DNA of 64,000 bases from an uncultured Candidatus Saccharibacteria bacterium (GCA_964459225.1 CAYWKB010000001.1:426163-490162); one strand, 5' to 3'. Shown: positions 29,401 through 38,477, counted from the stretch's first letter. Numbers and translations: made by a program. Notes: generated from the sequence alone by a model not told the origin.

Positions 29401-31052
29401 GACTATATTCACCTGACGCTGGAGCAACAGGTTTATTTGGCTTTGAAAAAGGAACCGTGGATCCTATTGATTTCTACTTTGATGCTACAGATAATACTAC
29501 TAAAAATCAATTGTATTTATCTAGAAATGGATACGTGGGTATTGGTACTTCATCACCTCTGACTTCAGGTCTAGAAATAGTAAAAAATGGTTATGCTGAA
29601 AACTCTGCACAATTAAAGTTATGGACGAATTCAACTGATGTGATAGGTAATGGTGCTAACTACCTACAATTACAAAGAAATGGTGGTGATACATATGCAC
29701 TTACTCCAACTGCAAATAATATGAATTTGGGCAGGGTGGAATTTTTCGGAGTTGGAAGTAATTCACAAGTTGCTAGAGGTGCAACAATTAGTGCTAGTCA
29801 AAATGGTGCTGCTGGATTAAATGGTGTTCCAACAGATATTACATTTAGTACATCAGACGGTACTAATGCTGCGGCAAGTAGAGTTGTAATTGCAAATACT
29901 GGTAAAGTTGGTATCGGTACATCAACACCAGTTTCAACTCTTTCTGTTCAAGGTTCACTTTGTGTCCGTTCAACTGGATCATGTGGTACAACTGATGGAA
30001 CAATATATGCAACAACGGCTGCTGTGACAGATATCGACTTAGCTGAAAATTATCCAACATCTGACTCTACACTTTCTGCTGGTGAAATAGTAATGTTTGA
30101 TAATAATACAAGTGAAGTAGCATTCATAAAGAGAGCAGACAGAACAGCAGGTGGCACAATAATGGGAATTATTTCAACCGCTCCCGGATTACTACTAGGA
30201 CGAAGTCTTCCAAATATTACTAAACCAGTAGCCCTATCAGGACGTGTTCCTCTTAAAGTAAATAATCAAAATGGTTCAATAGCAATCGGAGACAGAATTG
30301 CTCTCTCAAGTATTCCTGGAGTTGGTATGAAAGCACCACTTTCAGGCGAAACTGTAGCAATTGCTCTTGAAGCTTTTGATGGATCAAAGGGAAGTGGAAC
30401 AATAGAAGTATTTGTAAATTTAAGAAATACTGTTGATATGAGTCCAATAGAATTAGCTACAAAGAAAATAGATGATTTAAATTTGAGAGTTGATTTATTA
30501 GCTTCAAGTACAGTAGATACAATTAATTCAAGCGTTGCTTCATCAATTGTTACTTTCTTTTCGACAATTAAAGAATGGGTAGGAGATAAAATAACAGTTG
30601 TAAAAGGATATTTTACAGAAATATTTGCTGATAAGGTTAATACAAAACAATTATGTATTGAAGAAGTATGTCTAACTAAGGATCAATTAAATGCATTAAT
30701 TGTTAATATGCATGCATCAAGTACAGATACAATAAATAATTCAAATATACAATCAGTTGTTTCAACTCCTACTCCTACTCCTACAGTGACAGTTACAGTC
30801 ACACCAACACCAAGTCCAACACCTACTGAGACAATAACTTCAACACCACCACCATCTCCTACTCCAACTCCTACCGTTACAGAGACTCCGACACCTACAC
30901 CAAGTGATACTGTAAGTCCTACACCTACTGAATCTCCAGCTGAGACAACACCTTCAACGCCAACTGATTCACCTGCACCTAGTTCAAGTAGTGATACTCC
31001 AGCATCAGAATCATCAAGTAGTAGCACTAGCGAAACACAGAGTTCACAATAA
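26463..31052 (+). CDS. Giant (1529 aa) N-terminally anchored surface protein with about nine VGIGT-x-P-x-x-KL-x-V (tail-fibre/beta-helix-like) repeats and a Pro/Thr-rich C-terminal tail
   Basis: N-terminal signal-anchor FFLYSMYVTGFIFISASVIPF. Recurring motifs YVGIGTSSPSSKLSVNG, NIGVGTSTPWAKLSVN, NVGVGTANPSAKLHVYG, YVGIGTGTPQYKLDILG, NVGIGTTNPSYKLDIV, NVGIGTTSPNAKLQVL, NVGIGTTTPSSMLHLYG, YVGIGTSSPLTSGLEIV, KVGIGTSTPVSTLSVQG. Very low charge and Ser/Thr/Asn/Gly-rich. C-terminal TPTPTPTVTVTVTPTPSPTPTE... linker; no sortase or other C-terminal anchor motif. Confidence 0.7.
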   Translation: MPKDVKNFSFLKSVSGFLTTNKFFLYSMYVTGFIFISASVIPFDKISIGDPFSLKPISNSISSAFESIGNFGSDVLASVESFGDGIFGFESSSGSDQNTASILDSIKSFFGFNKDETIPVKITDDTTESNLNSSPALDIPNVNKTYSKNDTIEQNTSSNNVNNSIVNESPVVTPSNIVGAKPQTVVQNIYNSYPQTIVRETINTNTLVQKESFDGQVETVYNSISNSLDAISANNFEFSEDLSVLGDLHANSNIIGAGSITGTYFEASSAEATSTFNGSFNVADSSLFVNANTGYVGIGTSSPSSKLSVNGDMFINSAIQFEDSTPSDTSGKLYANSSSLYWSGNLIAGASAGNWTTDGTNAWRATGNIGVGTSTPWAKLSVNPNGITGPSFVIGSSTATNFIVTNGGNVGVGTANPSAKLHVYGSGDVGAIIESSSATNDAQLSLRNGDGTANVHLNDDGKFYLWNNIANSDLILRVNNGSNIDALTVAGTSGYVGIGTGTPQYKLDILGDMNITTGIFTLQNSTSSLVTSNQFPSIYASQNSGSSYPFLTSGNLILQSRALGASRDIVFVGSTTPTVQMIIQGSSGNVGIGTTNPSYKLDIVSDGSNNANNTTTGGSFGSGRIADNQSLVIRHKTDKGISGATFPTQIIQNSTQSNSLELYSTGSTPIVFGTQSLERLRVNSAGDISVGSSTTYGNFSVNALRYTIDRHAFEDWSLLNTTDTNLGYSSFDAKSTMTNSQDQNHMVAYQARNIYNGSANLTDRFVGFHSFPTTSGSGNITNVYGVKIDDMTGAGTVTNNYGLYIGNTVKGTSNNYSIYSNGGTSYFAGNVGIGTTSPNAKLQVLDSTNVSTFTGVQNQGLAINGGAVSASGNYSLLGFRTSDSGYTGKNVAQIGAKLTSSGSYLQFGTSNLFSSGITNTAMTIDYSGNVGIGTTTPSSMLHLYGSTAGTSTLEIERNMTAGQGESRIHYRNALHDVYSRLYSPDAGATGLFGFEKGTVDPIDFYFDATDNTTKNQLYLSRNGYVGIGTSSPLTSGLEIVKNGYAENSAQLKLWTNSTDVIGNGANYLQLQRNGGDTYALTPTANNMNLGRVEFFGVGSNSQVARGATISASQNGAAGLNGVPTDITFSTSDGTNAAASRVVIANTGKVGIGTSTPVSTLSVQGSLCVRSTGSCGTTDGTIYATTAAVTDIDLAENYPTSDSTLSAGEIVMFDNNTSEVAFIKRADRTAGGTIMGIISTAPGLLLGRSLPNITKPVALSGRVPLKVNNQNGSIAIGDRIALSSIPGVGMKAPLSGETVAIALEAFDGSKGSGTIEVFVNLRNTVDMSPIELATKKIDDLNLRVDLLASSTVDTINSSVASSIVTFFSTIKEWVGDKITVVKGYFTEIFADKVNTKQLCIEEVCLTKDQLNALIVNMHASSTDTINNSNIQSVVSTPTPTPTVTVTVTPTPSPTPTETITSTPPPSPTPTPTVTETPTPTPSDTVSPTPTESPAETTPSTPTDSPAPSSSSDTPASESSSSSTSETQSSQ
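30760..31040 (+). repeat. Low-complexity ACTCCTAC-type nucleotide repeats encoding the Pro/Thr/Ser-rich C-terminal linker of the giant protein
   Basis: Direct DNA repeats actcctactcctactcctaca... translate to TPTPTPTVTVTV...SSSSDTPASESSSSSTSETQSSQ. Confidence 0.7.
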
Positions 31053-31149
31053 TCATTGACTTATTGTCTATATTCAAGTACCATATATTTGTAAGTTTTC
31101 CTAGTCGCTTACAGCTTATTTAATTAAAGACGGGTTAAAGTAAAAGAAA

Positions 31150-31455
31150 ATGGCAAAGAAGTTATATGTAGGAGGTATTTCATACAGTACAAGTGAAGAT
31201 GCTCTAAAGGCACACTTCGCTCAAGCTGGAGCAGTTGAATCAGCAAGTATCATTATGGACAAGATGACGGGTCGCTCAAAGGGATTTGGATTCGTTCAAA
31301 TGACAACAGATGCTGAAGCAGATAATGCTATCAACATGTTCAATGGTAAGCCACTTGACGGTAGAAATCTAACAGTCAACGAAGCTCGCCCAATGGAACC
31401 TCGTGCTCCACGTAAGGATTTCAATCGTGGTGGAGAAGGTCGTGGAAACTGGTAA
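31150..31455 (+). CDS. RRM-type (RNP-1/RNP-2) RNA-binding protein with Gly/Arg-rich tail
   Basis: RNP-2 KLYVGGI and RNP-1 KGFGFVQM; C-terminal RGGEGRGNW. Confidence 0.85.
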   Translation: MAKKLYVGGISYSTSEDALKAHFAQAGAVESASIIMDKMTGRSKGFGFVQMTTDAEADNAINMFNGKPLDGRNLTVNEARPMEPRAPRKDFNRGGEGRGNW

Positions 31456-31484
31456 TACCTAACTCGTCTTACTATACACAAACA

Positions 31485-31515
31485 AAAATACCGCCTAGTG
31501 CGGTATTTTTGTTTT
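31485..31515. terminator. Bidirectional intrinsic terminator between the RRM gene (+) and the LOG gene (-)
   Basis: ATACCGC-CTAGT-GCGGTAT hairpin flanked by an A-run upstream and TTTTGTTTT downstream. Confidence 0.6.
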
Positions 31516-31531
31516 ATAACTTATATAATTT

Positions 31532-32215
31532 TTAATCAATCATTTTCCACCATTCAGATATAGGTGCCTCCTTAATTATTTTAATTACCAAATCCTCAGA
31601 ATTAGTCATTTTAAATAATTCAATATCCTCACCTTCAATAGTATGATGCTTATTTAATAAATCATCATTCAAAACCTTAACAATTGGTGACCAAAAATCA
31701 CTACCAAAAAGTATTACTGGGATTCTAGGAATTTTCCTGGTTTGTATTAATGTTAAAACCCCAAATAACTCATCTAATGTTCCATATCCACCAGGGAAAA
31801 AGACATATGCTTCAGCTGCAAAGTTTAAAACTGATTTTCTAGCAAAAAAATAATTAAACTCAATACTATCATTCATATAGTCATTTGTATGTTGCTCATG
31901 TGGAATATTGATATTTAATCCAACAGATTTATTCCCAGCATCAAATGCGCCTTTATTTGCTGCTTCCATAATACCAGGTCCACCTCCAGTAATAATACTG
32001 TAGCCAAGCTCTGTTGCTATTCTTTTAGAAAGTCTATATGCCTCATGATAATGTGAGCTATCGGGTGTAAGTCTAGATGATCCAAAAAATGTTACTGATT
32101 TTGGATACTTTTTGATGAATTCAAATCCCATTTTGAATTCTTTACTAATATCTTTTACATGCTCATCAATTTTCTGATTAATTTTGTCTGCACTTAATTC
32201 ATTTTCTTTAAACAT
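31532..32215 (-). CDS. LOG-family (TIGR00730) putative nucleotide 5'-monophosphate nucleosidase
   Basis: GGGPGIMEAANKGA and PGGYGTLDELFE motifs. Confidence 0.8.
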   Translation of the reverse strand: MFKENELSADKINQKIDEHVKDISKEFKMGFEFIKKYPKSVTFFGSSRLTPDSSHYHEAYRLSKRIATELGYSIITGGGPGIMEAANKGAFDAGNKSVGLNINIPHEQHTNDYMNDSIEFNYFFARKSVLNFAAEAYVFFPGGYGTLDELFGVLTLIQTRKIPRIPVILFGSDFWSPIVKVLNDDLLNKHHTIEGEDIELFKMTNSEDLVIKIIKEAPISEWWKMID

Positions 32216-32242
32216 ATAAAGATTATATCATAATCAAACAAT

Positions 32243-33475
32243 ATGGTATTATCATTAAATATTAAACAGATGAAATATAATATAGTAAAGGAAATAAAGG
32301 GTAAAAGGGGCAGAGCGGGTCAAATAGAGACCAAACATGGGATAATCAATACTCCTGCTTTTGTGGTTGTTGGAACAAAAGCAACAGTCAAATCTCTAAC
32401 ACCTGAACAGGTAAATGAATTAGGGGCTGAAGCTGTACTTGCTAATACATACCATTTGTATTTGGAGCCTGGTGACACACTCATAAAACAATCTGGTGGT
32501 TTAAATAAATTTATGAATATAAATAAACCTAGTTTTACTGACTCAGGTGGTTTTCAGGCATTTTCACTTGGCGCTGCCTTCAATAATAAAGCGTCTAAAA
32601 TAGCAGATAGGGTTGAAATAGAAGAAATACAAAAAAATGATAATGAAAATAAAGATCTAGAAAAAAATAAATTTGCAAAAGTCACCGAAGATGGCGTTAT
32701 ATTTAAATCAATAATAGATGGCAGTGAACATATATTTACACCCGAAAGATCAATTGAGATTCAACATAATATTGGTGCTGATATAATTTTTGCTTTTGAC
32801 GAATGCACATCTCCGCATGCAAGTTACGATTATCAAATTGAAGCAATGGACAGGACACACAGATGGGCCAAAAGATCATTAGAATATCACAGTAAAAATA
32901 ATAAAAATGATCAAGCATTATTTGGTATTGTTCAGGGTGGAAGGTATCAAGATTTAAGAAAAAAAAGTGCAGAAATTATAGGTCAAATGGATTTTGATGG
33001 TTTTGGAATTGGTGGTTCATTTGATAAAGAAGACATATATACAGCAGTTGGTTGGGTAAATGATATTCTTCCAGCAAATAAACCAAAACATCTTTTAGGA
33101 ATTGGTGAACCAATTGACCTATTTGGTGGTGTTGAAAATGGCATAGACACCTTTGATTGCGTTACACCAACAAGAATAGCAAGAAATGGAAATCTATATA
33201 CCTATGATGGCAAGATTAATATATTAAATGCAAAATTTAAAAATGATTTTTCTAAAATAGACGCAGATTGTAAATGCTATACTTGTAATAATTTTACAAA
33301 GGCATATCTTTCACATTTATTTAGATCAAAAGAAATGTTGGGAGCAACACTTGCATCAATACATAATCTCTACTTTATAGTAAATTTAGTTAAGCAAATT
33401 CGCGAATCAATATTAAATGAAAATTTCGATGAATTTAAAGAAAAATTTATAAAAGGATATTATAAAAATCTTTAA
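32243..33475 (+). CDS. tgt: Queuine tRNA-ribosyltransferase (Tgt), with an inserted low-complexity segment
   Basis: N-terminal GRAGQIETKHGIINTPAFVVVGT, catalytic region, C-terminal zinc site CKCYTCNNFTKAYLSHL. Confidence 0.85.
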   Translation: MVLSLNIKQMKYNIVKEIKGKRGRAGQIETKHGIINTPAFVVVGTKATVKSLTPEQVNELGAEAVLANTYHLYLEPGDTLIKQSGGLNKFMNINKPSFTDSGGFQAFSLGAAFNNKASKIADRVEIEEIQKNDNENKDLEKNKFAKVTEDGVIFKSIIDGSEHIFTPERSIEIQHNIGADIIFAFDECTSPHASYDYQIEAMDRTHRWAKRSLEYHSKNNKNDQALFGIVQGGRYQDLRKKSAEIIGQMDFDGFGIGGSFDKEDIYTAVGWVNDILPANKPKHLLGIGEPIDLFGGVENGIDTFDCVTPTRIARNGNLYTYDGKINILNAKFKNDFSKIDADCKCYTCNNFTKAYLSHLFRSKEMLGATLASIHNLYFIVNLVKQIRESILNENFDEFKEKFIKGYYKNL

Positions 33476-34470
33476 ATCTCCTTCGGTCTATAATCAGCGG
33501 GAGCTCTCTTTAACCACCATTCTATATTTTCGTGATTAAGTAATCCTTCTTGTGCCCCTATATATTGTATTACTGACATTGGATTAACTGGCGCCCAAGT
33601 CAAAGCTTCAAGGGGTGTTTTGCCCAACATTAATGCCCCGACAAAAGTTGCAGAAAATGCATCACCACAACCTGTCCTTTCAACAGGTGGTTTTGGATCA
33701 GGATAAATAGGCATAAAGTAAAAATGATCACCATCAAGCATATATGCACCTTTTGGACCATCAGTAATTATCACTATTTTAGGCCCATATGCATGTATTT
33801 CAGACAATAATATTTTAATATCCTTTGAATTATTATTTAATATTCTTTGTGCTTCCTCAACATTGCATATAAAGACTTCGGTGCGTTTATATATGTCTTT
33901 CAATGTATCAATACCTAATTTAATTTGAAATGTACCTGGTTGAAAGGCCAATTTAACCTCTTTATGTGTATTGAGGAAATAAGAAATTTCCTCATGATAT
34001 CTTTTAGTATTTGATGCAAGGGAAGAAAGATAAATCCATTTTGGAATCTTTTTGATTTCTGGGAATTTATAATCGTATTCAATATGATTAATTAAAATAG
34101 TTCTATCAACATCATACCAAAGCACAAAATGATAATTAGATAATTTGTTTTTATGAACTTTTATATATCTATTGTCTACTTTTTCGTCTTTAAGTAGCGA
34201 TAGGCAGTCTTTGCCATTTATATCATCTCCAAGTTGGGAAATAAGTCCTGAACTAATACCCAGTCTTGAAATCGCAACAGCTGCATTTGCCGAATTACCA
34301 ACAGCTTTAATTACTTTTACATATTCAAATGGAACTTTATCACCGAATTTCATGCACAATTCACAATTTTCAGTATCAACCTTACAATGTACATTTGCCT
34401 CCTTTAATCTTATAAAGGCATCAGTTGTAATATCACCTATTGCTAAAAAATTTATATTTTTATCAAACAT
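33472..34470 (-). CDS. PfkB-family carbohydrate/nucleoside kinase (ribokinase fold)
   Basis: N-terminal GDITTDAFI and C-terminal DTTGCGDAF-type motif (ERTGCGDAFSATFVGAL). Confidence 0.75.
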   Translation of the reverse strand: MFDKNINFLAIGDITTDAFIRLKEANVHCKVDTENCELCMKFGDKVPFEYVKVIKAVGNSANAAVAISRLGISSGLISQLGDDINGKDCLSLLKDEKVDNRYIKVHKNKLSNYHFVLWYDVDRTILINHIEYDYKFPEIKKIPKWIYLSSLASNTKRYHEEISYFLNTHKEVKLAFQPGTFQIKLGIDTLKDIYKRTEVFICNVEEAQRILNNNSKDIKILLSEIHAYGPKIVIITDGPKGAYMLDGDHFYFMPIYPDPKPPVERTGCGDAFSATFVGALMLGKTPLEALTWAPVNPMSVIQYIGAQEGLLNHENIEWWLKRAPADYRPKEI

Positions 34471-34499
34471 ATTGAAAAGATTTATGATAGAATTATATC

Positions 34500-35363
34500 A
34501 TGAATAATATAAAATCACTTAGAGAGTGTATAAAAGACGCAGAAGCAAAGGGTGTTGCCATCGGACATTTTAATATTTCAAATAGTGATGGATTTTCAGC
34601 TGTTGTTGAGGCCGCACACGAACTTAATGTGCCTGTTATTATCGGAGTGTCAGAGGGTGAAAGAGATTATATTGGTGTACATGAAATAAGTGCATTAGTT
34701 AAATCATATAGAGAGCATACTGGACAATTAGTTTTCCTTAATGCAGATCATACCTACACTCTTGAAAGGGTAAAAGAAGCAGTTGATGCGGGTTTTGATT
34801 CAATTATCTTTGATGGAACCGAATTAGCACCAGAACAAAATATCAATATAACAAAGGAAACTATACAATATGCAAAATCAAAAAATGCAGATATTTTGAT
34901 TGAAGCTGAATTGGGCTTTATAGGTAAGTCATCAAAGTTATTAGATGAAATACCAGAGGGTGCAGGGAAATTAACTGATATAAATGATGCAAAGGACTTT
35001 GTTGGACAAACTAAAGTAGATATGTTAGCTCCGGCAGTTGGCAATATTCACGGAATGATAAAGTCTGGTGAGCCTGCTTTAAATATTCAAAGAATAAAAG
35101 AAATAAAAGAAGCAGTACAAATACCATTAGTTTTACACGGTGCTTCAGGAAATTCTAATCAAGATATCACTGATTCAATAAAGGCTGGTATTTCAATTAT
35201 TCATATAAATACAGAATTAAGACTTGCATATAGATCAGGCTTAATCAAATCACTTTCAGATAATCCAGATGAAATTTCACCGTACAAATATCTTAAGGGC
35301 GCAAAAATTGCTATGAAAAATGTTGTACTAGAAAAATTAAAGCTATTTAATAATATAAAATAA
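34500..35363 (+). CDS. fba: Class II fructose-/tagatose-bisphosphate aldolase
   Basis: GVAIGHFNISNSDGF, NADHTYT, VLHGASG motifs of the class II aldolase family. Confidence 0.8.
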   Translation: MNNIKSLRECIKDAEAKGVAIGHFNISNSDGFSAVVEAAHELNVPVIIGVSEGERDYIGVHEISALVKSYREHTGQLVFLNADHTYTLERVKEAVDAGFDSIIFDGTELAPEQNINITKETIQYAKSKNADILIEAELGFIGKSSKLLDEIPEGAGKLTDINDAKDFVGQTKVDMLAPAVGNIHGMIKSGEPALNIQRIKEIKEAVQIPLVLHGASGNSNQDITDSIKAGISIIHINTELRLAYRSGLIKSLSDNPDEISPYKYLKGAKIAMKNVVLEKLKLFNNIK

Positions 35364-35364
35364 T

Positions 35365-36339
35365 ATGAAAGTTTTTGTAACCAGACAGATTCCAGATATT
35401 GGAATTAAAATGCTTATAGATAAGGGTATTGAAGTAAAGGTAAATCAACTCGATAGACCGCTCAGTGATACTGAATTAAAATCAGAATTATCATCAGGGA
35501 ATTATGATGCTGTACTTACTTTACTTACAGATAATATCAATTCAGAAATATTAGATATTGCAAAATCAGTTAAATTATTTGCAAACTATGCAATAGGTTA
35601 TAATAATTTTGATGTTAATACTGCAATTTCAAAAAATGTGTATATGACAAATACTCCAGGAGGCGGAGCCGATAGAGTCTCTGAACATACATGGGCATTG
35701 ATACTGGCATTATCATGTAGAATAGTTGAAGGCAATCAATATATTAAAGACAAAAAATACAATGGCTGGGACCCAATGCTACTACACGGTATATCACTTA
35801 GAGGTAAAACATTAGGAATAATAGGTACAGGTAAAATAGGTGCCGAAGTAGTTAAAAAAGGTCATTTAGCATTTGATATGAATATTGTTTATTATGATGT
35901 TAAGAGAAATGAAGAAATAGAAAATAAATACAATGCGAAATTTTGCCCAGATGTAAATGAAGTACTCAAAATATCTGATATTATTTCATTACATGTTCCA
36001 TTGCTTGAGTCCACTCATCACCTTATAAATGAACAAAGTCTAAAATTAATAAAAAAGGATGCGATAATAATAAATACATCAAGAGGTCCAGTTATTGATG
36101 AAAAAGCCTTATACAACGCATTAAAAGAAGGCAAAATAGGAGGAGCAGGACTTGATGTTTTTGAATTTGAACCACAAATTGTGGCAGGACTTACTGATTT
36201 GGACAATGTAGTACTTACACCGCATATAGCATCAGCAACAAGACAAGCAAGGGAGGAAATGGCAATTATAGCTGTAAATAACATAATAGATTTGTTCGAA
36301 GGTCGAGTCCCAAGGAATAATATTGCCATAAAGGCTTGA
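35365..36339 (+). CDS. D-isomer-specific 2-hydroxyacid dehydrogenase (glycerate/hydroxypyruvate reductase-like)
   Basis: NAD-binding GIIGTGKIGAEVVKKG, catalytic R/E/H positions (SRGPVID, TPHIASAT). Confidence 0.8.
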   Translation: MKVFVTRQIPDIGIKMLIDKGIEVKVNQLDRPLSDTELKSELSSGNYDAVLTLLTDNINSEILDIAKSVKLFANYAIGYNNFDVNTAISKNVYMTNTPGGGADRVSEHTWALILALSCRIVEGNQYIKDKKYNGWDPMLLHGISLRGKTLGIIGTGKIGAEVVKKGHLAFDMNIVYYDVKRNEEIENKYNAKFCPDVNEVLKISDIISLHVPLLESTHHLINEQSLKLIKKDAIIINTSRGPVIDEKALYNALKEGKIGGAGLDVFEFEPQIVAGLTDLDNVVLTPHIASATRQAREEMAIIAVNNIIDLFEGRVPRNNIAIKA

Positions 36340-36370
36340 TTTTTTATTTAATCTGTATATAATAGCCCCT

Positions 36371-37030
36371 ATGATTACATTAACTGCTGAAAAGCGAGAT
36401 ATTAAAACTAAATTAGAAAATCTTAGAGAAGAAGGCCGTATGCCTGCTGTATTTTATGGTCCAAAGGAAAAGTCTACACCAATTACAGTATCTACTATTG
36501 AATTTATTAAAACATACAAAAAGGCTGGTGAATCATCAGTTATAATTCTCAAGGAAGGAAATGAAGAGCATGAAGTCTTGATACAAGATATTGATGTTCA
36601 TCCTGTTACAGGAGCACCAAGACATGCTGACTTTTATGTTATTGAAAAAGGTAAAAAGGTAAAGGTTAATGTACCTCTAGTATTTATCGGAGTTTCTCCT
36701 GCTGTTAAGGACAAGGGTGCTATTTTGGTTAAGGTTGCTCGTGATATCGAAATCGAGGCATCACCAAAGGATCTTCCACATGAACTTTCAGTAGATATTT
36801 CGTCATTAGTTGAATTTTCAAGTACAGTTACAGCTAAAGACATAACATTACCAGCTGGAGTTACACTAGTCTCAGGTGCAGATGAAATAGTTGCATCAGT
36901 TTCTGAAGCAAAAGAAGAAGTTGATGAAGTAAAGCCAATTGATATGTCAGCAATTGAAGTTGAAAAGAAAGGTAAGGAAGCAAAGGAAGGTGAAGCCGAA
37001 ATCCCAGCTGATTCAGAAGAAAAAAAATAA
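36371..37030 (+). CDS. rplY: 50S ribosomal protein L25 / general stress protein Ctc (long form)
   Basis: EKRDIKTKLENLREEGRMPAVFYGPKE...; acidic C-terminal extension. Confidence 0.8.
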   Translation: MITLTAEKRDIKTKLENLREEGRMPAVFYGPKEKSTPITVSTIEFIKTYKKAGESSVIILKEGNEEHEVLIQDIDVHPVTGAPRHADFYVIEKGKKVKVNVPLVFIGVSPAVKDKGAILVKVARDIEIEASPKDLPHELSVDISSLVEFSSTVTAKDITLPAGVTLVSGADEIVASVSEAKEEVDEVKPIDMSAIEVEKKGKEAKEGEAEIPADSEEKK

Positions 37031-37040
37031 ACTAAAAAAG

Positions 37041-37062
37041 AAAGGCCAAGAGCCTTTTTTTG
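37041..37062 (+). terminator. Intrinsic terminator after rplY
   Basis: AAAGGC-CAAGA-GCCTTT + TTTTTG. Confidence 0.55.
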
Positions 37063-37082
37063 ATTTATGATACAATATATTT

Positions 37083-38429
37083 ATGAGTATAAAACTGAAG
37101 CTTATTTTCCTTGTATTTCTTTTTTCTTTTTTCTTTATACAAAATAATCTTGTATACGGTCAATCAACTGAATCACAATCAGAAAAGGAAGCAAGACTTC
37201 GTGCCGAATTAGCACAAGTTGAAAGAGAACAAGCCGAAACTGAAAAAACACTATTAAATGCACAAAATCAAAGTGCATCACTTGAACGCGATATTTTAAT
37301 ATTAAATACCAAAATTAAGGCTGCGCAGCTAAATATTAAAGCCAAAAATCTACTAATTGAAACTCTAGGTAAAGATATCAATAAAAAACAAGCAAAAATT
37401 AATGATCTTGAAGATCATATAGCAAGAGGTGTTGAAACTCTGGCTCAAATAATGAGGAAAACAGATGAAATCGACTCAATAAGTTTTGTTGAGTTTATTA
37501 TGTCTGGAAATGATTTAACTAAAACCTTTAAAGATATTGATGAATTTCAATCTGTTCAGGAATCACTTAAAACTACATTCGAAAAAATACGAGACGATAA
37601 AACTCAAACAGAAAGTGAAAAACTAACATTAAGTAAAAGGAAAGATCAAGAAGTTGATGCAAAAATCGTTATTGAAGCTGAAAAGAAAAATATAGAATTA
37701 AATGAAAAAGAAAAAAAGAATTTACTAACTATAAGTAAAGGAAGCGAAAAAGCCTATGCAAGGGAATTAGCATCAAAAAAGGCAAAAGCCGCAGAAATAA
37801 GAGCGGCATTGTTTACATTGCGTGATGCTGATGCAATACCTTTTGAGTTGGCACTTAAATATGCAAATGAAGCACAGTCATCAACAGGCATAAGACCAGC
37901 ATTCTTGCTTGCAATACTCACACAAGAATCCGCTCTAGGTAAAAATGTCGGCTCATGTTATTTAACTGATACAAATACTGGATCGGGTGCAAGCATAAAG
38001 TCAGGTACAACATTTCCAAATGTAATGAAGCCATCACGTGATATACCTCCATTTATTGAAATTACAAAATCATTAGGTCTAGATTATACAAAAACATTAG
38101 TATCATGTCCTATCGCAGGAGCTGGAGGATGGGGAGGGGCAATGGGTCCAGCGCAATTTATCGCATCTACATGGATGTTGTTTAAAGATAGAGTAGCAAA
38201 AGCAATAGGAGTAAACACTCCAAATCCATGGAATCCAGAGCATGCCTTTGTTGCTTCTTCATTTTATTTAACTGACTTAGGTGCAGCAAATGGTAGCTAT
38301 ACAGGCGAAATAAGGGCAGCATGTAAGTATTATGGTAGCGGAGGGTCAAATTGTACCTATGGACGCCAGGTTATGTCTAAAGCGGACACTATACAAAGGA
38401 CAATGATTAACCCATTGCAAGGAATATAG
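37083..38429 (+). CDS. Secreted coiled-coil protein with C-terminal lytic murein transglycosylase (MltB/SLT_2-like) domain
   Basis: Signal peptide; about 200 aa of coiled coil; C-terminal domain with GAMGPAQFIASTW (cf. the MltB GxMGxMQFxPxTW motif) and ES catalytic region LTQESALGKN. Confidence 0.6.
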   Translation: MSIKLKLIFLVFLFSFFFIQNNLVYGQSTESQSEKEARLRAELAQVEREQAETEKTLLNAQNQSASLERDILILNTKIKAAQLNIKAKNLLIETLGKDINKKQAKINDLEDHIARGVETLAQIMRKTDEIDSISFVEFIMSGNDLTKTFKDIDEFQSVQESLKTTFEKIRDDKTQTESEKLTLSKRKDQEVDAKIVIEAEKKNIELNEKEKKNLLTISKGSEKAYARELASKKAKAAEIRAALFTLRDADAIPFELALKYANEAQSSTGIRPAFLLAILTQESALGKNVGSCYLTDTNTGSGASIKSGTTFPNVMKPSRDIPPFIEITKSLGLDYTKTLVSCPIAGAGGWGGAMGPAQFIASTWMLFKDRVAKAIGVNTPNPWNPEHAFVASSFYLTDLGAANGSYTGEIRAACKYYGSGGSNCTYGRQVMSKADTIQRTMINPLQGI

Positions 38430-38477
38430 TCATTTAATTGCAAAATTATCAGATATTTGTTAGAGTATTACTTACTT

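Noticed and set aside
27412-31027. Several antisense or alternative-frame ORFs inside the giant gene (27412..27642 +, 27461..27721 -, 29353..29562 +, 29863..30060 -, 30253..30447 -, 30683..31027 -)
   Set aside because: All are embedded in a single 4.6-kb ORF with a consistent repeat architecture. The GVGV-rich 30683..31027 minus ORF is just the mirror image of the ACTCCTAC repeat that encodes the Pro/Thr linker.
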